DNA of 64,000 nt from an uncultured Candidatus Saccharibacteria bacterium (GCA_964469605.1 CAYXZA010000003.1:3721-67720), one strand, 5' to 3'; shown: positions 19,182 through 29,067, counted from the first letter of the stretch. Notes: generated by a model not told the origin, from the sequence alone. Numbers and translations are program-made.

Positions 19182-19631
19182 ATGAACATATATATTGCAT
19201 CGGATCATGCGGGGTTTGAACTAAAAGCTTTTTTAAAGTCTAGGTTTGCTGATGATGGTATGAGAGTTTTAGATCTGGGGCCAGAGGACTTTGTATTAGA
19301 AGACGATTATCCAGAGTTTATTTCTAAAGTTGCAAAAGAGGTTTCAAAAGATTCTTCCTCTAAGGGTATTGTTATAGGTTATTCTGGTCAAGGAGAGGCT
19401 ATTGTTTCAAACAGGTTTCCAAATATAAGATGTGCAGTTTACTATGGAGGTGATAAAAACATACTCAGACTTTCAAGAGAGCATAATGATTCAAATGTTC
19501 TTTCTTTGGGAGCTCATTTTTTAGATAAAGAAGAAGCTTACGAAGCTGTGTCTTATTGGATTAAAACAGAATTTTCTCACGAAGCAAGACATATAAGAAG
19601 AATAAATGAGATAGAAGATTATCCAAATTAA
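19182..19631 (+). CDS. rpiB: Ribose-5-phosphate isomerase B (RpiB/LacAB family).
   Basis: N-terminal motif MNIYIASDHAGFELK is typical of RpiB. Confidence 0.75.
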   Translation: MNIYIASDHAGFELKAFLKSRFADDGMRVLDLGPEDFVLEDDYPEFISKVAKEVSKDSSSKGIVIGYSGQGEAIVSNRFPNIRCAVYYGGDKNILRLSREHNDSNVLSLGAHFLDKEEAYEAVSYWIKTEFSHEARHIRRINEIEDYPN

Positions 19632-19639
19632 AAAACAAA

Positions 19640-20308
19640 ATGGCAAAAGTCATTCCAGCTATAATACCAAAAAAATTTTCTGATATAGAAGAAAAAGTTT
19701 CTTTGGTTAAGGATTTTGTATCAAAGGTTCAGATTGATATTTGTGATGGTATTTTTGCATCTCCAAAAACTTGGCCATATGAAAATATTGATTTTTTCAA
19801 TGACTTGATTTCAGAAAAAGAAAGTTTTCCATTTTGGCAGGATGTAGATTATCAAGTTCATCTTATGGTTTCAAATCCAGAAGATGTTGTCTTAAATTGG
19901 TCTAAAACAACTGTTACTGATGTTATATTTCATATAGAAGCTACTTCAAAACCACTAGAAGTCATAGATATTTTAAGAGATCAGAGTATAAATGTCGGTC
20001 TTTCTGTAAAACCATCAACTCCAAATGAAAGTTTTTTACATCTGTTAGATAAAATAGATTTTTTACAGATTATGGGATCAGATGAGATCGGCAAAAATCA
20101 CATACCACTGCAAGATCCGGCTCTTTTGAAAGTAGATTTTTTTAGAAAAAATTTTCCAAATCTAGATTTATATTTTGACATAGGTGTAAATGAAGATACT
20201 GCAAAAGATTTAATAAAAAGAGGTGTTAAGTTTTTGATCTCTGGTAGTTTTATTTTTGATAATTCAAATCCTGTTTCTGTTATAAATGAAATTGAAAATA
20301 TAAAATAA
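19640..20308 (+). CDS. Ribulose-phosphate 3-epimerase-like TIM-barrel protein.
   Basis: IPAIIPKKFSDIEEKV...VQIDICDGIFASPKTWP resembles the Rpe N-terminal region (IAPSIL..DVMDG.FVPN). It sits in a pentose-phosphate gene cluster. Confidence 0.5.
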   Translation: MAKVIPAIIPKKFSDIEEKVSLVKDFVSKVQIDICDGIFASPKTWPYENIDFFNDLISEKESFPFWQDVDYQVHLMVSNPEDVVLNWSKTTVTDVIFHIEATSKPLEVIDILRDQSINVGLSVKPSTPNESFLHLLDKIDFLQIMGSDEIGKNHIPLQDPALLKVDFFRKNFPNLDLYFDIGVNEDTAKDLIKRGVKFLISGSFIFDNSNPVSVINEIENIK

Positions 20309-20422
20309 TTTTAAAATCAGAGAAATAAAATATGATTTTAAAGACTCTTAAACACATCTTATGGTCAAATTGTCCACATGAATATATCTTTGATTTTTAT
20401 TTTTGTTATATAATATTTACAA

Positions 20423-21316
20423 ATGCTAACTCCTGAAAAAATTGAGTTCTTAAAAGAAAAATCAACTGATATTAGGGTTTCAATAGTTGAAATGCTTTTT
20501 AATGCTGGTTCAGGACACTCAGCTGGGCCACTTGGTATGGCGGATATTTTTACAGCTTTGTTTTTTGAAATTTTAAATATAGATTATAACAATCCATTTT
20601 GGGAAGATAGGGACAGATTTATACTTTCCAATGGTCATATTTGTCCTGTATATTATGCAACTTTGGCTCATATTGGATATATACCAATGATGGAGCTTAA
20701 AGGTCTAAGAAAGTTCGGTTCAAGACTTCAAGGTCATCCTCATAGACATTTTCTTCCGTTTTTAGAAACATCTTCAGGGCCACTTGGGTCTGGACTTTCT
20801 CAGGCTGTTGGTATGGCTATTGCTATGAGAATGGATAAAGGTAAAAGTGATGGCAGGTTTGTTTATTGTGTAATGGGCGATGGTGAATTAAACGAGGGTC
20901 AAAACTGGGAAGCAATGATGCTTGCTTCAAAAGAAAAATTAGGAAATCTTATTTGTATAATAGACAGAAATAATATTCAAATAGATGGATTTACAGAAGA
21001 TATTATGCCACTTGAATCCTTATTTCATAAATTTGAAAGTTTTGGTTTTCATGTAGAAGAGATAGATGGACATAATTTTACTGAAATATGCAGTGCCATA
21101 AACAGAGCCAAATCAGTTTTCAATGGCCCTAGTGTTATTATAGCCAGAACAATTCCAGGAAAAGGAGTTTCTTATATGGAAAGAGATTATAAGTGGCACG
21201 GAACTCCGCCGGGTATTGTTGATATGCAAGGTGAACCTGCAAAAGAAGAGCAGGTCAAGATTGCACTTTGTGAACTTAGAACTCTTTACGGTGAAATAGA
21301 AAGTGAACATAAATAA
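20423..21316 (+). CDS. tkt: Transketolase, N-terminal (TPP-binding) subunit.
   Basis: GHSAGPLGMADIFTALF and GDGELNEGQNWEA (TPP binding) are present. Split TK architecture. Confidence 0.85.
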   Translation: MLTPEKIEFLKEKSTDIRVSIVEMLFNAGSGHSAGPLGMADIFTALFFEILNIDYNNPFWEDRDRFILSNGHICPVYYATLAHIGYIPMMELKGLRKFGSRLQGHPHRHFLPFLETSSGPLGSGLSQAVGMAIAMRMDKGKSDGRFVYCVMGDGELNEGQNWEAMMLASKEKLGNLICIIDRNNIQIDGFTEDIMPLESLFHKFESFGFHVEEIDGHNFTEICSAINRAKSVFNGPSVIIARTIPGKGVSYMERDYKWHGTPPGIVDMQGEPAKEEQVKIALCELRTLYGEIESEHK

Positions 21317-21321
21317 AAGAT

Positions 21322-22311
21322 ATGCAAAAAGTTAAAATCAATCAAAAATTATTTTCAAAAAATATTGAACTTGAACCAATAAGAAAAGGTTTTGGGCAAG
21401 GACTTTTGGAAGCTGGTAAAAAAGATAAAAGTATTGTGGCACTTTGTTGTGACCTTGTTGAGTCAACATATATGCATTTGTTTAAAGAAAAATTTCCAGA
21501 GAGATTTATTGAGATAGGTGTTGCAGAGCAAAATATGGCATCTGTCGCTTCTGGTATGGCTGCTATTGATAAAAAACCAGTTATTTCTTCTTATGCAATG
21601 TTTTCTCCTGGAAGAAATTGGGAGCAGATCAGAACAACTATTTGTTACAATGACAGACCTGTTGTTATAGCTGGTTCTCATGCTGGTATTTCTGTTGGTC
21701 CTGACGGAGGAACTCATCAAGCACTTGAAGATATTGCTATTACCAGAGTTATTCCAAATATGACGGTCATATCTCCTTGTGATATTTTAGAGGCAAAAAA
21801 GGCAACTATGGATGCTTTAAAACTTGGTAAGCCGGTTTATGTCAGACTTTCAAGAGAAAAAACACCTGTTATTACAGTTGATGACACAGAGTTTGAAATA
21901 GGCAAGGCTAATCTGATTTTTGGAAGTTTAAAATCAGAAGCTTGTATTGTTGCAACAGGATCTCTGGTTTACAAAGCTTTGATTGTCGCTGAGAGTTTGA
22001 AAAAAGAAGGTGTCTCTGTTTGTGTTGTAAATTTACACACAATAAAACCACTTGATGAAAAAAGTATATTAGAAATTGCAAAATCTTGTGGGGCTATTGT
22101 AACCGTTGAAGAGCATCAAGTTTTTGGGGGTATGGGTTCTACGGTCTGTGAGTTTTTATCTTCAAATTATCCTATTCCAGTTGAAATTTTGGGTGTAAAA
22201 GATAGTTTTGGACAATCTGGTAAACCAGAAGAGCTTCTAAGTCATTATGGTTTAGATGAAAAGTCTATAAAATCTGCTGTTCTTAAAGTTATAAAAAGAA
22301 AAAATAACTAA
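21322..22311 (+). CDS. tkt: Transketolase, C-terminal (pyrimidine-binding) subunit.
   Basis: IGVAEQNMASVASGMA and a C-terminal transketolase-C domain are present. The gene is adjacent to the N-terminal subunit. Confidence 0.85.
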   Translation: MQKVKINQKLFSKNIELEPIRKGFGQGLLEAGKKDKSIVALCCDLVESTYMHLFKEKFPERFIEIGVAEQNMASVASGMAAIDKKPVISSYAMFSPGRNWEQIRTTICYNDRPVVIAGSHAGISVGPDGGTHQALEDIAITRVIPNMTVISPCDILEAKKATMDALKLGKPVYVRLSREKTPVITVDDTEFEIGKANLIFGSLKSEACIVATGSLVYKALIVAESLKKEGVSVCVVNLHTIKPLDEKSILEIAKSCGAIVTVEEHQVFGGMGSTVCEFLSSNYPIPVEILGVKDSFGQSGKPEELLSHYGLDEKSIKSAVLKVIKRKNN

Positions 22312-23297
22312 TTTATTTTTTTCACTTGATAATCTTCTGGAGAATTTTTTATATATTCTAACAACTGATCTTTTCTTAGTAGACCTTTTTGAGCACCAAC
22401 TTGTTTTACAACAGACATTGAATTTACAGGGCCCCAAAGTAAAGATTCTTTTATATTGTTTCCAAGTATTAAACTTGAAACTACTGTTGATGCAAATGCA
22501 TCACCAGCCCCTGTTCTCTCAAATGGTTTGTGTGGATATACTGGGACAAAAAACATTTCTTGACCGTCAAAACTATAAGCACCATTTATACCATCTGTAA
22601 TAACTGCTATTTTTGGACCCAGTCTTCTTATACCTTCAAGTAATTTTTTAATATCTCTTTCTTTTTCATCAAGTATAGTCATCGCTTCTTCTACATTGCA
22701 GAAAAATACTTCTGTTTTGTTGTAAATTTCGGAAAGATTTTCTTTGCCAAAACGGATTTGAAAAGTTCCTGGTTGAAAAGCAAGTTTTACATCCGGATTT
22801 TCTACTAGATATTTTTCTATTTGTTTGTGATAATCCAGTGTATTTTCACCAAGTGATGATAGATAGATCCATTTTGGTTTTGGAAATTGCACTAAGTTGT
22901 AGGAAAAATGTTCGTGTTTAACAAGTATTGTTCTTTCAACATCATACCAGAGGACATAGTGATAATTTGTTTTTTTGTCTTTCTCTATTTGCATCAAACT
23001 TGTATCAACACCATTTTTTTCAAGCTCTTTTATACAATCTTTTCCATTTTCATCATCTCCTATATATGCCAAAAGTGCAGAAGAAAGACCAAGTCTTGAA
23101 GCTGAAACAGATGCATTTGCACTATTTCCAACTGCTGGCAAGACTTCTACTGACTGATAGGGAATTTTGTCTCCAAATTTAACACAAAGTTTGCAGTTTT
23201 CATTGTCTATATCACAGTTAACTTCTGCTTCTTTTAGTCTGATAAAAGCATCGGTTACAATATCTCCAATGCAAAGTATATCTATTTGTTTATTCAT
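22308..23297 (-). CDS. PfkB-family carbohydrate/nucleoside kinase (ribokinase-like).
   Basis: PfkB signature TGAGDAFASTVV near the C-terminus. An N-terminal GG-like region is present. Confidence 0.7.
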   Translation of the reverse strand: MNKQIDILCIGDIVTDAFIRLKEAEVNCDIDNENCKLCVKFGDKIPYQSVEVLPAVGNSANASVSASRLGLSSALLAYIGDDENGKDCIKELEKNGVDTSLMQIEKDKKTNYHYVLWYDVERTILVKHEHFSYNLVQFPKPKWIYLSSLGENTLDYHKQIEKYLVENPDVKLAFQPGTFQIRFGKENLSEIYNKTEVFFCNVEEAMTILDEKERDIKKLLEGIRRLGPKIAVITDGINGAYSFDGQEMFFVPVYPHKPFERTGAGDAFASTVVSSLILGNNIKESLLWGPVNSMSVVKQVGAQKGLLRKDQLLEYIKNSPEDYQVKKIN

Positions 23298-23412
23298 TGT
23301 AATATTTTAGTTTATTTTAAATTTTTATAAAATATTGACATGTCTTTTTATATGTATTGATGATTTATTATTTAATAATAAAAATATTTTTTATACTGTA
23401 TAATATTTAAAT

Positions 23413-24294
23413 ATGAAAACACTTAGAGAAACAATTTTAGATGCTGATAGCAGAAAAGTGGCTATTGGTCATTTTAATATATCAAACACAGAAGGACTTA
23501 AAGCTATTTTTAATTCCGCTAGAAATCTCAACCTTCCTGTTATTATTGGTGTATCTGAGGGAGAGAGAGATTTTATAGGTCCAAGACAGGTTAGGGATTT
23601 GGTTTTTGGATTAAGAGAAGAATTTGATTTTCCAATATATTTAAATGCAGATCATACATATTCATTTGAAAGGGTAAAAGAAGTTGTCCAGCTTGGTTAT
23701 GATTCTGTTATATTTGATGGTGCTAAACTTTCTTTTGAAGAAAACATTATAGAGACTAAAAAATGTTTTGATTTTATAAAAGATTTCAATAAAAAAAATA
23801 ATAAAGATATTTTGCTTGAAGCAGAATACGGGTATATAGGACAATCATCAAAAATTTTAGATAAAGTTCCTGATGAAGTAAAAATAGACCAAGATTCTTT
23901 AACAGATCCAGAAAAAGCATTTGAGTTTGTTTCTAGAACTGGTATAGATATGTTTGCTCCAGCAGTGGGAAATATTCACGGAATGCTTTCCTCTGGCATT
24001 GATCCAAGTTTAGATATTGATAGGATTTTTAATATAAAAGAAAAAGTCAAAATACCACTTGTCCTGCATGGTGGTTCTGGAAATAGTAAGGAAGATTTTC
24101 AGAAGGCTATAAAGTCTGGTGTTTCTATTGTTCATATAAATACAGAGCTTAGGGTTGCTTATAAAAATGGAATTTTGGAAAGTTTAAAAGAAAATCCAGA
24201 TGAAGTTGCACCATATAAGATGATGAAAAAATCTGTTGAAAATATGCAAAATCTAGTTTCTGAAAAATTAAAACTATTCAATTTTTTAGATTAG
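23413..24294 (+). CDS. fba: Class II fructose/tagatose-bisphosphate aldolase.
   Basis: VAIGHFNISNTEGLKAIFNSARNLNLPVIIGVSEGE is present. PLVLHGGSG is present. These are class II aldolase metal-binding motifs. Confidence 0.8.
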   Translation: MKTLRETILDADSRKVAIGHFNISNTEGLKAIFNSARNLNLPVIIGVSEGERDFIGPRQVRDLVFGLREEFDFPIYLNADHTYSFERVKEVVQLGYDSVIFDGAKLSFEENIIETKKCFDFIKDFNKKNNKDILLEAEYGYIGQSSKILDKVPDEVKIDQDSLTDPEKAFEFVSRTGIDMFAPAVGNIHGMLSSGIDPSLDIDRIFNIKEKVKIPLVLHGGSGNSKEDFQKAIKSGVSIVHINTELRVAYKNGILESLKENPDEVAPYKMMKKSVENMQNLVSEKLKLFNFLD

Positions 24295-24312
24295 TATTAT
24301 AATATTTTTATT

Positions 24313-24876
24313 ATGAAAAGTGGAGAAGCTCAATATATGACCAATGAGTATGAAATACTAGAAAAACTGGATTCTAGTTGGTCAGAATATGAAAAAGATT
24401 CTATTTGTGAAGAAAGTGAAGGAAGAAGAGATATTTTCAGGGTCTTTTTTGAAAATGAAGATAAAAGATTTTATATTCAAGTGTCTGTAAATGAAAGTCA
24501 AATAAGATATTTTTGTTTTTGTTATACAAAAGATAATGATCAACATAAAAGAATAGTATTTAATTTTAATGGCACATATCCAAGTTTAAATAAAGATAGG
24601 ATACCATTTATTTTGCATAAATTCAGAGATTATTCTATTTCAGAAGAATACAAAGGTATTTTAGATATTTTTGATAATGATCTAAATATGTATAAGAAAA
24701 GAATTTATATTAAAATGTATTTAAATTTTTTAATTTATTTAAATAAAAATGATAAAACAAAGTTTAAAGAATATTTAGAATCCTTGAAAATTTTAGGTGT
24801 GGGTAGTGGTTATAAAACTGCAAATGAAATATCAACTCCTATGGGTGGACAACCTGGTCACAGAAGAAGTAGGTAA
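24313..24876 (+). CDS. Hypothetical protein.
   Basis: 187-aa ORF with no recognised motif. Confidence 0.3.
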   Translation: MKSGEAQYMTNEYEILEKLDSSWSEYEKDSICEESEGRRDIFRVFFENEDKRFYIQVSVNESQIRYFCFCYTKDNDQHKRIVFNFNGTYPSLNKDRIPFILHKFRDYSISEEYKGILDIFDNDLNMYKKRIYIKMYLNFLIYLNKNDKTKFKEYLESLKILGVGSGYKTANEISTPMGGQPGHRRSR

Positions 24877-24903
24877 GTGTCTTGTGTTTTTCTAGGTAAA
24901 AGT

Positions 24904-26097
24904 TTAAAAACCCTTATCTATTTTCAGGTTTCCCAAAGCTTTGATTTCCAAACTCTCAGTCTTTCCGGATATAAAACTTATATACCCAGCAACTGCTATC
25001 ATAACAGCATTGTCCGTCGTTAGATTTTTTGATGCTATTTTAAGTGTTATTTCTGGAAATTCATTTTTTATCATTTTTTCTAAATTTTCTCTTATATACA
25101 AGTTTGATATGACACCCCCTCCTACAATCAAAGTTTTAGCATTTGATTGTACCAGTGCTTTTCTTGTTTTGTGTATCAAGACTTCTGTTACTGAGTCTTC
25201 AAATTCTCTGCAAATATCTTTTATAAATTCTTCAGTTAATCTATTTTTCTCAACTGTATATAAAACAGCAGTTTTTAGACCAGAAAAAGAAAAATTTAAA
25301 TCATCGGATTTTATCATTGGCCTTGGTAGTTTTATTTTCTTTTCTATATTTTCCTCTCTGGCTATTTTTGCCATCTTTGAAACTTCTGGTCCTCCTGGAT
25401 AGGGAAGTCCAAGCATTCTTGCTGTTTTATCAAATGCTTCTCCAACAGCATCATCTAGTGTTTGTCCTAGTATTTTATATTTTGTCCAACTTTCCATATA
25501 TACTATTTCCGTATGTCCTCCAGATATGAGCAGGGCTATGGCAGGGAAGTTTATTTTATTGCTTTTATCATCTTTTTCTAAATCATCTTTTGATTTTATT
25601 TCAAGAACTGATGCAATATGGCCTTTCATATGGTTTTCCCCTAAAACTTTTATACTCCAAAAAGAGCCAAGTGCTTTTGCAAAAGAGATACCAACCCAAA
25701 GTGCAGGGGCTAGTCCTGGACCTTCTGTTACAACAATGAGATCTATATCGGGCTTTTTGTTTTGGTGCTTTTGTAAAAATGTTAATAAATCCTCATATAG
25801 TTGTTTTTCTCTTTCTAAAATACTCTCCATATTTCTTAAAACACCATCTTCGGTTTTATATTCTTTAAAACCAACCCCACTTTCATTTAATGTTTTTTCT
25901 AAAAGGGGAGTTAAATTTTTTGAATGTTCTCTTTTTGCAAGGTTTGGAAAAACTCCTCCATACTCTTTGTGTATGTCTATCTGAGACATTAGAGAATTAC
26001 CTAGTATTTTAAATTCTAGATTTTCTAAATCACCAGAGCATTTTAGGATAGATATAGCTGTTTCATCACAACTTGTCTCAATGGATAGTATATTCAT
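24904..26097 (-). CDS. tsaD: tRNA N6-adenosine threonylcarbamoyltransferase TsaD (Kae1/Gcp family), with insertions.
   Basis: N-terminal motif MNILSIETSCDETAISIL is present, along with the ASKH-fold pattern. The protein is longer than typical (397 aa). Confidence 0.8.
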   Translation of the reverse strand: MNILSIETSCDETAISILKCSGDLENLEFKILGNSLMSQIDIHKEYGGVFPNLAKREHSKNLTPLLEKTLNESGVGFKEYKTEDGVLRNMESILEREKQLYEDLLTFLQKHQNKKPDIDLIVVTEGPGLAPALWVGISFAKALGSFWSIKVLGENHMKGHIASVLEIKSKDDLEKDDKSNKINFPAIALLISGGHTEIVYMESWTKYKILGQTLDDAVGEAFDKTARMLGLPYPGGPEVSKMAKIAREENIEKKIKLPRPMIKSDDLNFSFSGLKTAVLYTVEKNRLTEEFIKDICREFEDSVTEVLIHKTRKALVQSNAKTLIVGGGVISNLYIRENLEKMIKNEFPEITLKIASKNLTTDNAVMIAVAGYISFISGKTESLEIKALGNLKIDKGF

Positions 26098-26135
26098 AAC
26101 TATAATCTATCATAAATTTAATATTTTTAAATCAC

Positions 26136-26163
26136 TTGACAAATATTGTGAGTATACTATAAT
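26136..26163 (+). promoter_or_regulatory. Consensus sigma70 promoter (TTGACA-N16-TATAAT) driving a small non-coding transcript.
   Basis: ttgaca at 26136-26141 and tataat at 26158-26163. Confidence 0.5.
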
Positions 26164-26169
26164 TGATAG

Positions 26170-26326
26170 TGTGAAAGGGTTGAGACGGTTGGCAACTGAG
26201 ACCGTTGACTGATGCCAAAAGCAAAAGTCAATCTTGGGGCTTATGCTCCAGTCAGATTCGCCTAATCCCGCCCTTTCACAAACTTTCAGTGCCGCCTCTC
26301 GGAGGAGCGGCACTTTCCTTTTTTGT
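26170..26326 (+). ncRNA. Candidate small RNA (~150 nt) of unknown class. It has a closing helix gtgaaaggg/ccctttcac and an intrinsic terminator.
   Basis: Bounded by a consensus promoter and a strong terminator (gtgccgcctctcggaggagcggcac then tttccttttttg). No ORF. SRP, 6S, RNase P and tmRNA signature motifs were not recognised. Confidence 0.35.
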
Positions 26327-26400
26327 ATAAAAATCTGTGTAATAACAATCAACTTTTAATTTTGAATACAAAATTAAAGTCCAAAATTGTATCCAATTTT

Positions 26401-26518
26401 GTGACCCTACGGGGAATCGTCCGCCAGTAAAATTTTGTCGTCACAAAATTTTCTCGTGTCCGCGACTCGCGACCTAGTCTGTTGACTAGGTGCCCGCTCC
26501 GTCTTTCGATTCCCCACG
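26401..26518 (-). other. tRNA-Glu trailer element. It has an anti-T-arm motif, hairpins, and a duplicate of the tRNA-Glu 3' end.
   Basis: gtgaccctacggggaatcg (26401-26419) is identical to 26608-26626 inside tRNA-Glu. The inverted partner cgattccccac lies at 26508-26518. Internal hairpins gtcgcgagtcgcggac and ctagtctgttgactag are present. Confidence 0.4.
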
Positions 26519-26568
26519 AAATTGCATAATATGCAATTTCTGTATTGTCACAGGATATTCAAAAACAA

Positions 26569-26590
26569 AAAATCCCTACTGGGAATTTTT
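26569..26590 (-). terminator. Terminator hairpin after tRNA-Glu (minus strand).
   Basis: Minus-sense aaaaattcccagtagggatttttt. The stem resembles the aattcccg.aagggaatt hairpin that follows tRNA-Tyr. Confidence 0.45.
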
Positions 26591-26605
26591 GTTAAGAATA
26601 TCAAC

Positions 26606-26680
26606 TGGTGACCCTACGGGGAATCGAACCCCGATTTAAGCCTTGAAAAGGCCGTGTCCTAACCGTTAGACGATAGGGCC
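26606..26680 (-). tRNA. tRNA-Glu (anticodon TTC), CCA encoded.
   Basis: Reverse complement is ggccctatcgtctaacggttaggacacggccttttcaaggcttaaatcggggttcgattccccgtagggtcacca. Anticodon loop ttttcaa. T arm cgggg-ttcgatt-ccccg. Confidence 0.85.
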
Positions 26681-26769
26681 AAAAACTTTACATTTAAAAA
26701 TATAACATCTTTTTATATATATTTCAATTGTTTGTATCATTTCAAAAATTTTGATATATTTTCTATGTT

Positions 26770-26846
26770 GCGCGCTTAGCTCAGTTGGCTAGAGCGTCTC
26801 ATTGACGTTGAGAAGGTCATAGGTTCAAGTCCTATAGCGTGCACCA
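26770..26846 (+). tRNA. tRNA-Val (anticodon GAC), CCA encoded.
   Basis: Acceptor gcgcgct/agcgtgc. Anticodon stem tctca/tgaga with loop ttgacgt. T arm atagg-ttcaagt-cctat. The 3' end is cca. Confidence 0.85.
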
Positions 26847-26861
26847 ATAGCAACTTTCTAG

Positions 26862-27237
26862 TCAACAAGCCATGTAAATGGCTTTGAAAGCGTTGCAAAC
26901 ACTGTGTTTTTCTTGCCCATAAAAAAGTTCAAGAAGATCTTCTCGAGGTAGAAGTTCAATTCTTGCATAGATTTGGTTGTGGCTATGATTTGAGCCACTT
27001 TTTCCATGTTGTTCGAGAAACTCCGACATTAGCAGGATCGTACTCTTTTCAGCCTCAATAAGCTTCCTGTAGTTTCTCAATGTCGCCCTGTACTTGCTTG
27101 TGTTCGGTCTTGGCTTTTAGCGGATCTACCTTGAATCCCTCGATAAAACATGAATCTTTCTCATCGAGAATAAACTCATTGATGCGAATGTGCTTCACCG
27201 CAAGTACTTTCTTTTTGCCATTTAAGGAGTTGAGCAA
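26862..27237 (-). pseudogene. Fragmented tyrosine recombinase (integrase) remnant next to tRNA-Val.
   Basis: Two short frame-shifted ORFs. The C-terminal fragment SGSNHSHNQIYARIE resembles the integrase box II (lGHs...T..Y.h) carrying the catalytic Tyr. The position next to a tRNA 3' end fits an integration site. Homology is weak. Confidence 0.35.
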
Positions 27238-27283
27238 TACTCAGTGTTCTTTAAAGTTCATCGTTAAGTTACCTATTAACTTC

Positions 27284-27312
27284 TTGACAAGATTGTAGTA
27301 TAGATGTATAAT
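27284..27312 (+). promoter_or_regulatory. Perfect consensus sigma70 promoter (TTGACA-N17-TATAAT) driving the 4-gene island operon.
   Basis: ttgaca at 27284-27289 and tataat at 27307-27312. The leader that follows contains the hairpin ttggccttttggccaa. Confidence 0.5.
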
Positions 27313-27375
27313 GGTGATTGAGTTTACGTTCTTTGTTTGGCCTTTTGGCCAACCCCTTAGCCTGAGGAGGGCAAC

Positions 27376-27717
27376 ATGACCAACACGATCGTTATCAACG
27401 GCGTCACCATCAGTGGTGGTGGCCAAAACGTCACCATTCGCAATGGCAAGGTGATCGTCGATGGTAAGAATGTTACGCCGGATGCGAAGGAGATCAACAT
27501 CTTCGTCACTGGCAACGTCCAATGTATCGAGGCTGACGCTTGTCAGAAGATTTCCGTCACCGGAGATGCTGGCAGTGTCATTACCCAGAGTGGCAATGTG
27601 GAAGTTGGCGGCGCCATCGGTGGCAACGTCAACACGATGTCGGGAGACGTCGACTGTGGCGGCGCCATCGGTGGCAACGTCAACACGATGTCGGGGGACA
27701 TCAAGTCGCACCAGTAA
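27376..27717 (+). CDS. Beta-solenoid repeat protein (bactofilin/DUF583-like polymer-forming fold, tentative).
   Basis: 113-aa ORF at ~50% GC. SD gaggaggg lies 6 nt upstream of the ATG. Repeated G-x-V/I-x-x-G-x-V units occur, including a tandem GGAIGGNVNTMSGD(V/I) repeat. Confidence 0.45.
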   Translation: MTNTIVINGVTISGGGQNVTIRNGKVIVDGKNVTPDAKEINIFVTGNVQCIEADACQKISVTGDAGSVITQSGNVEVGGAIGGNVNTMSGDVDCGGAIGGNVNTMSGDIKSHQ

Positions 27718-28051
27718 GGTCAAGTATTTTACAACTCGGTTACGAGCGCTTCAGTGATGGAGCGCTCTTTCTTTTGTGATGGTTGTATTTTGAGAATGAC
27801 CGGATGCACTTTGATGGGTTCTTTTTGCTCGGATGCTTTGATCGCTTTGACTTGCTCCTATGTAAAGAAAAGTGCCATGTTCTATTTCAGTATCGAATTG
27901 GCAGTGAGGAATGCAAGGTTGGTTTCCATTTTTTTTGAGGTGGTTTCATGTTTAAAGTTGACGGAACTATTATAGTATTTTACAATAGAGCCTCCAACAT
28001 GGGATTTGCACATGTTGGTTGAAGATCTTTGAAAGTGAAAGGAGGATTTGC

Positions 28052-28780
28052 ATGAATGAAGACACATGTGAGGTGTTGCGTGGACATTTTGAAGATTGTC
28101 TACAACATCTTGGACAAGTTTTCGCCTCAAAAATAAGAAAAGGTTCGCGAGGGGCGGCACAGGCAAAAAAGCCTATAGCTGAATTTTGCGGAGTCACGAT
28201 TGATTCCGTAACTCGATGGCTTCATGGTACTGGATCGTTACCTGTTGGCAAGTTATACATCAAGTTGATGTGTTTTCTCGACATGACAGGTTATCGAGTG
28301 ATCGAGTTGGAGAATATGTCGAAACCTCGTCGAAACTTTATTGAATTTATCGGCTATGGACTCTTTTCCAGTGATCAGGCTGCAGAGTTTCTCGGCTATC
28401 GCTCCACATCCACTCTTTATCAAGTTCTGCAAGGTAATCACCGCATAAGTGAGGACAAGGATCAGAAGATGTGGGATTTGTTTAAGGAAAGAGTGCGGGA
28501 ATTGCAGCAGGAGAAAGAAAGGTTGCAAAAGTTGTACCGATTGGATATTCCGTTGAAGACGGAGTTGTCCAAAATTTCGGGAAGACAAATGTCAGCTAGT
28601 CGCTCAGAAGCGATAGTCAGTATCATGAAAGGTTTGCTTGCGTTGATTGATGAGAGTTCTATTGAGAAACTTTTTGACGACGGGCAAGCAGATCTGAAAG
28701 AATCATCTGATACTATACTCCACCTATTGGCGCACTTGAGTGCCTTACATTCCCGTTTGGTCATGTCCGAGAAACAGTAG
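28052..28780 (+). CDS. Helix-turn-helix DNA-binding protein with two XRE-like HTH segments and a coiled-coil C-terminus.
   Basis: SD aaggagg lies 6 nt upstream of the ATG at 28052. The ORF-track start at 28019 is a TTG codon. HTH-like segments: IAEFCGVTIDSVTRWLHG and AAEFLGYRSTSTLYQVLQG. Confidence 0.5.
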   Translation: MNEDTCEVLRGHFEDCLQHLGQVFASKIRKGSRGAAQAKKPIAEFCGVTIDSVTRWLHGTGSLPVGKLYIKLMCFLDMTGYRVIELENMSKPRRNFIEFIGYGLFSSDQAAEFLGYRSTSTLYQVLQGNHRISEDKDQKMWDLFKERVRELQQEKERLQKLYRLDIPLKTELSKISGRQMSASRSEAIVSIMKGLLALIDESSIEKLFDDGQADLKESSDTILHLLAHLSALHSRLVMSEKQ

Positions 28781-28794
28781 AAAGGAGGTAGTTA

Positions 28795-29055
28795 ATGTCG
28801 AACGACCAATGTTACCAAGCTGTCGTCGATAAGATCATTCCTGGTGGCAAGCATGGCCCCTATGCAGTTGCGCGTTCTGAGAAACTTGGTTCAATCACCT
28901 TCTCGCTTGAAGGCAAGGTCTGGCAAGAGAGAGATTGGCCAGAACCTGGGACATGCGTGATGTTATCACAAGTCAGGAAGAAGCGCGCCGGGTGGCGCGC
29001 ACAACATGGGCGGTTCATTGAACCATCCGACGTCCAAACAACCCAGCAACAGTAA
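28795..29055 (+). CDS. Hypothetical small protein (86 aa).
   Basis: SD aaaggagg is present upstream. GC-rich. No recognised motif. Confidence 0.4.
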   Translation: MSNDQCYQAVVDKIIPGGKHGPYAVARSEKLGSITFSLEGKVWQERDWPEPGTCVMLSQVRKKRAGWRAQHGRFIEPSDVQTTQQQ

Positions 29056-29067
29056 GGAGAAAAAGCA

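Noticed and set aside
26401-26520. Second complete tRNA (tRNA-Glu paralog or intron-containing tRNA) on the minus strand.
   Set aside because: Only the T-arm 3' strand and acceptor 3' strand match. No acceptor 5' strand, D arm or anticodon arm can be drawn. It is interpreted as a tRNA 3'-end duplicate within the trailer element.
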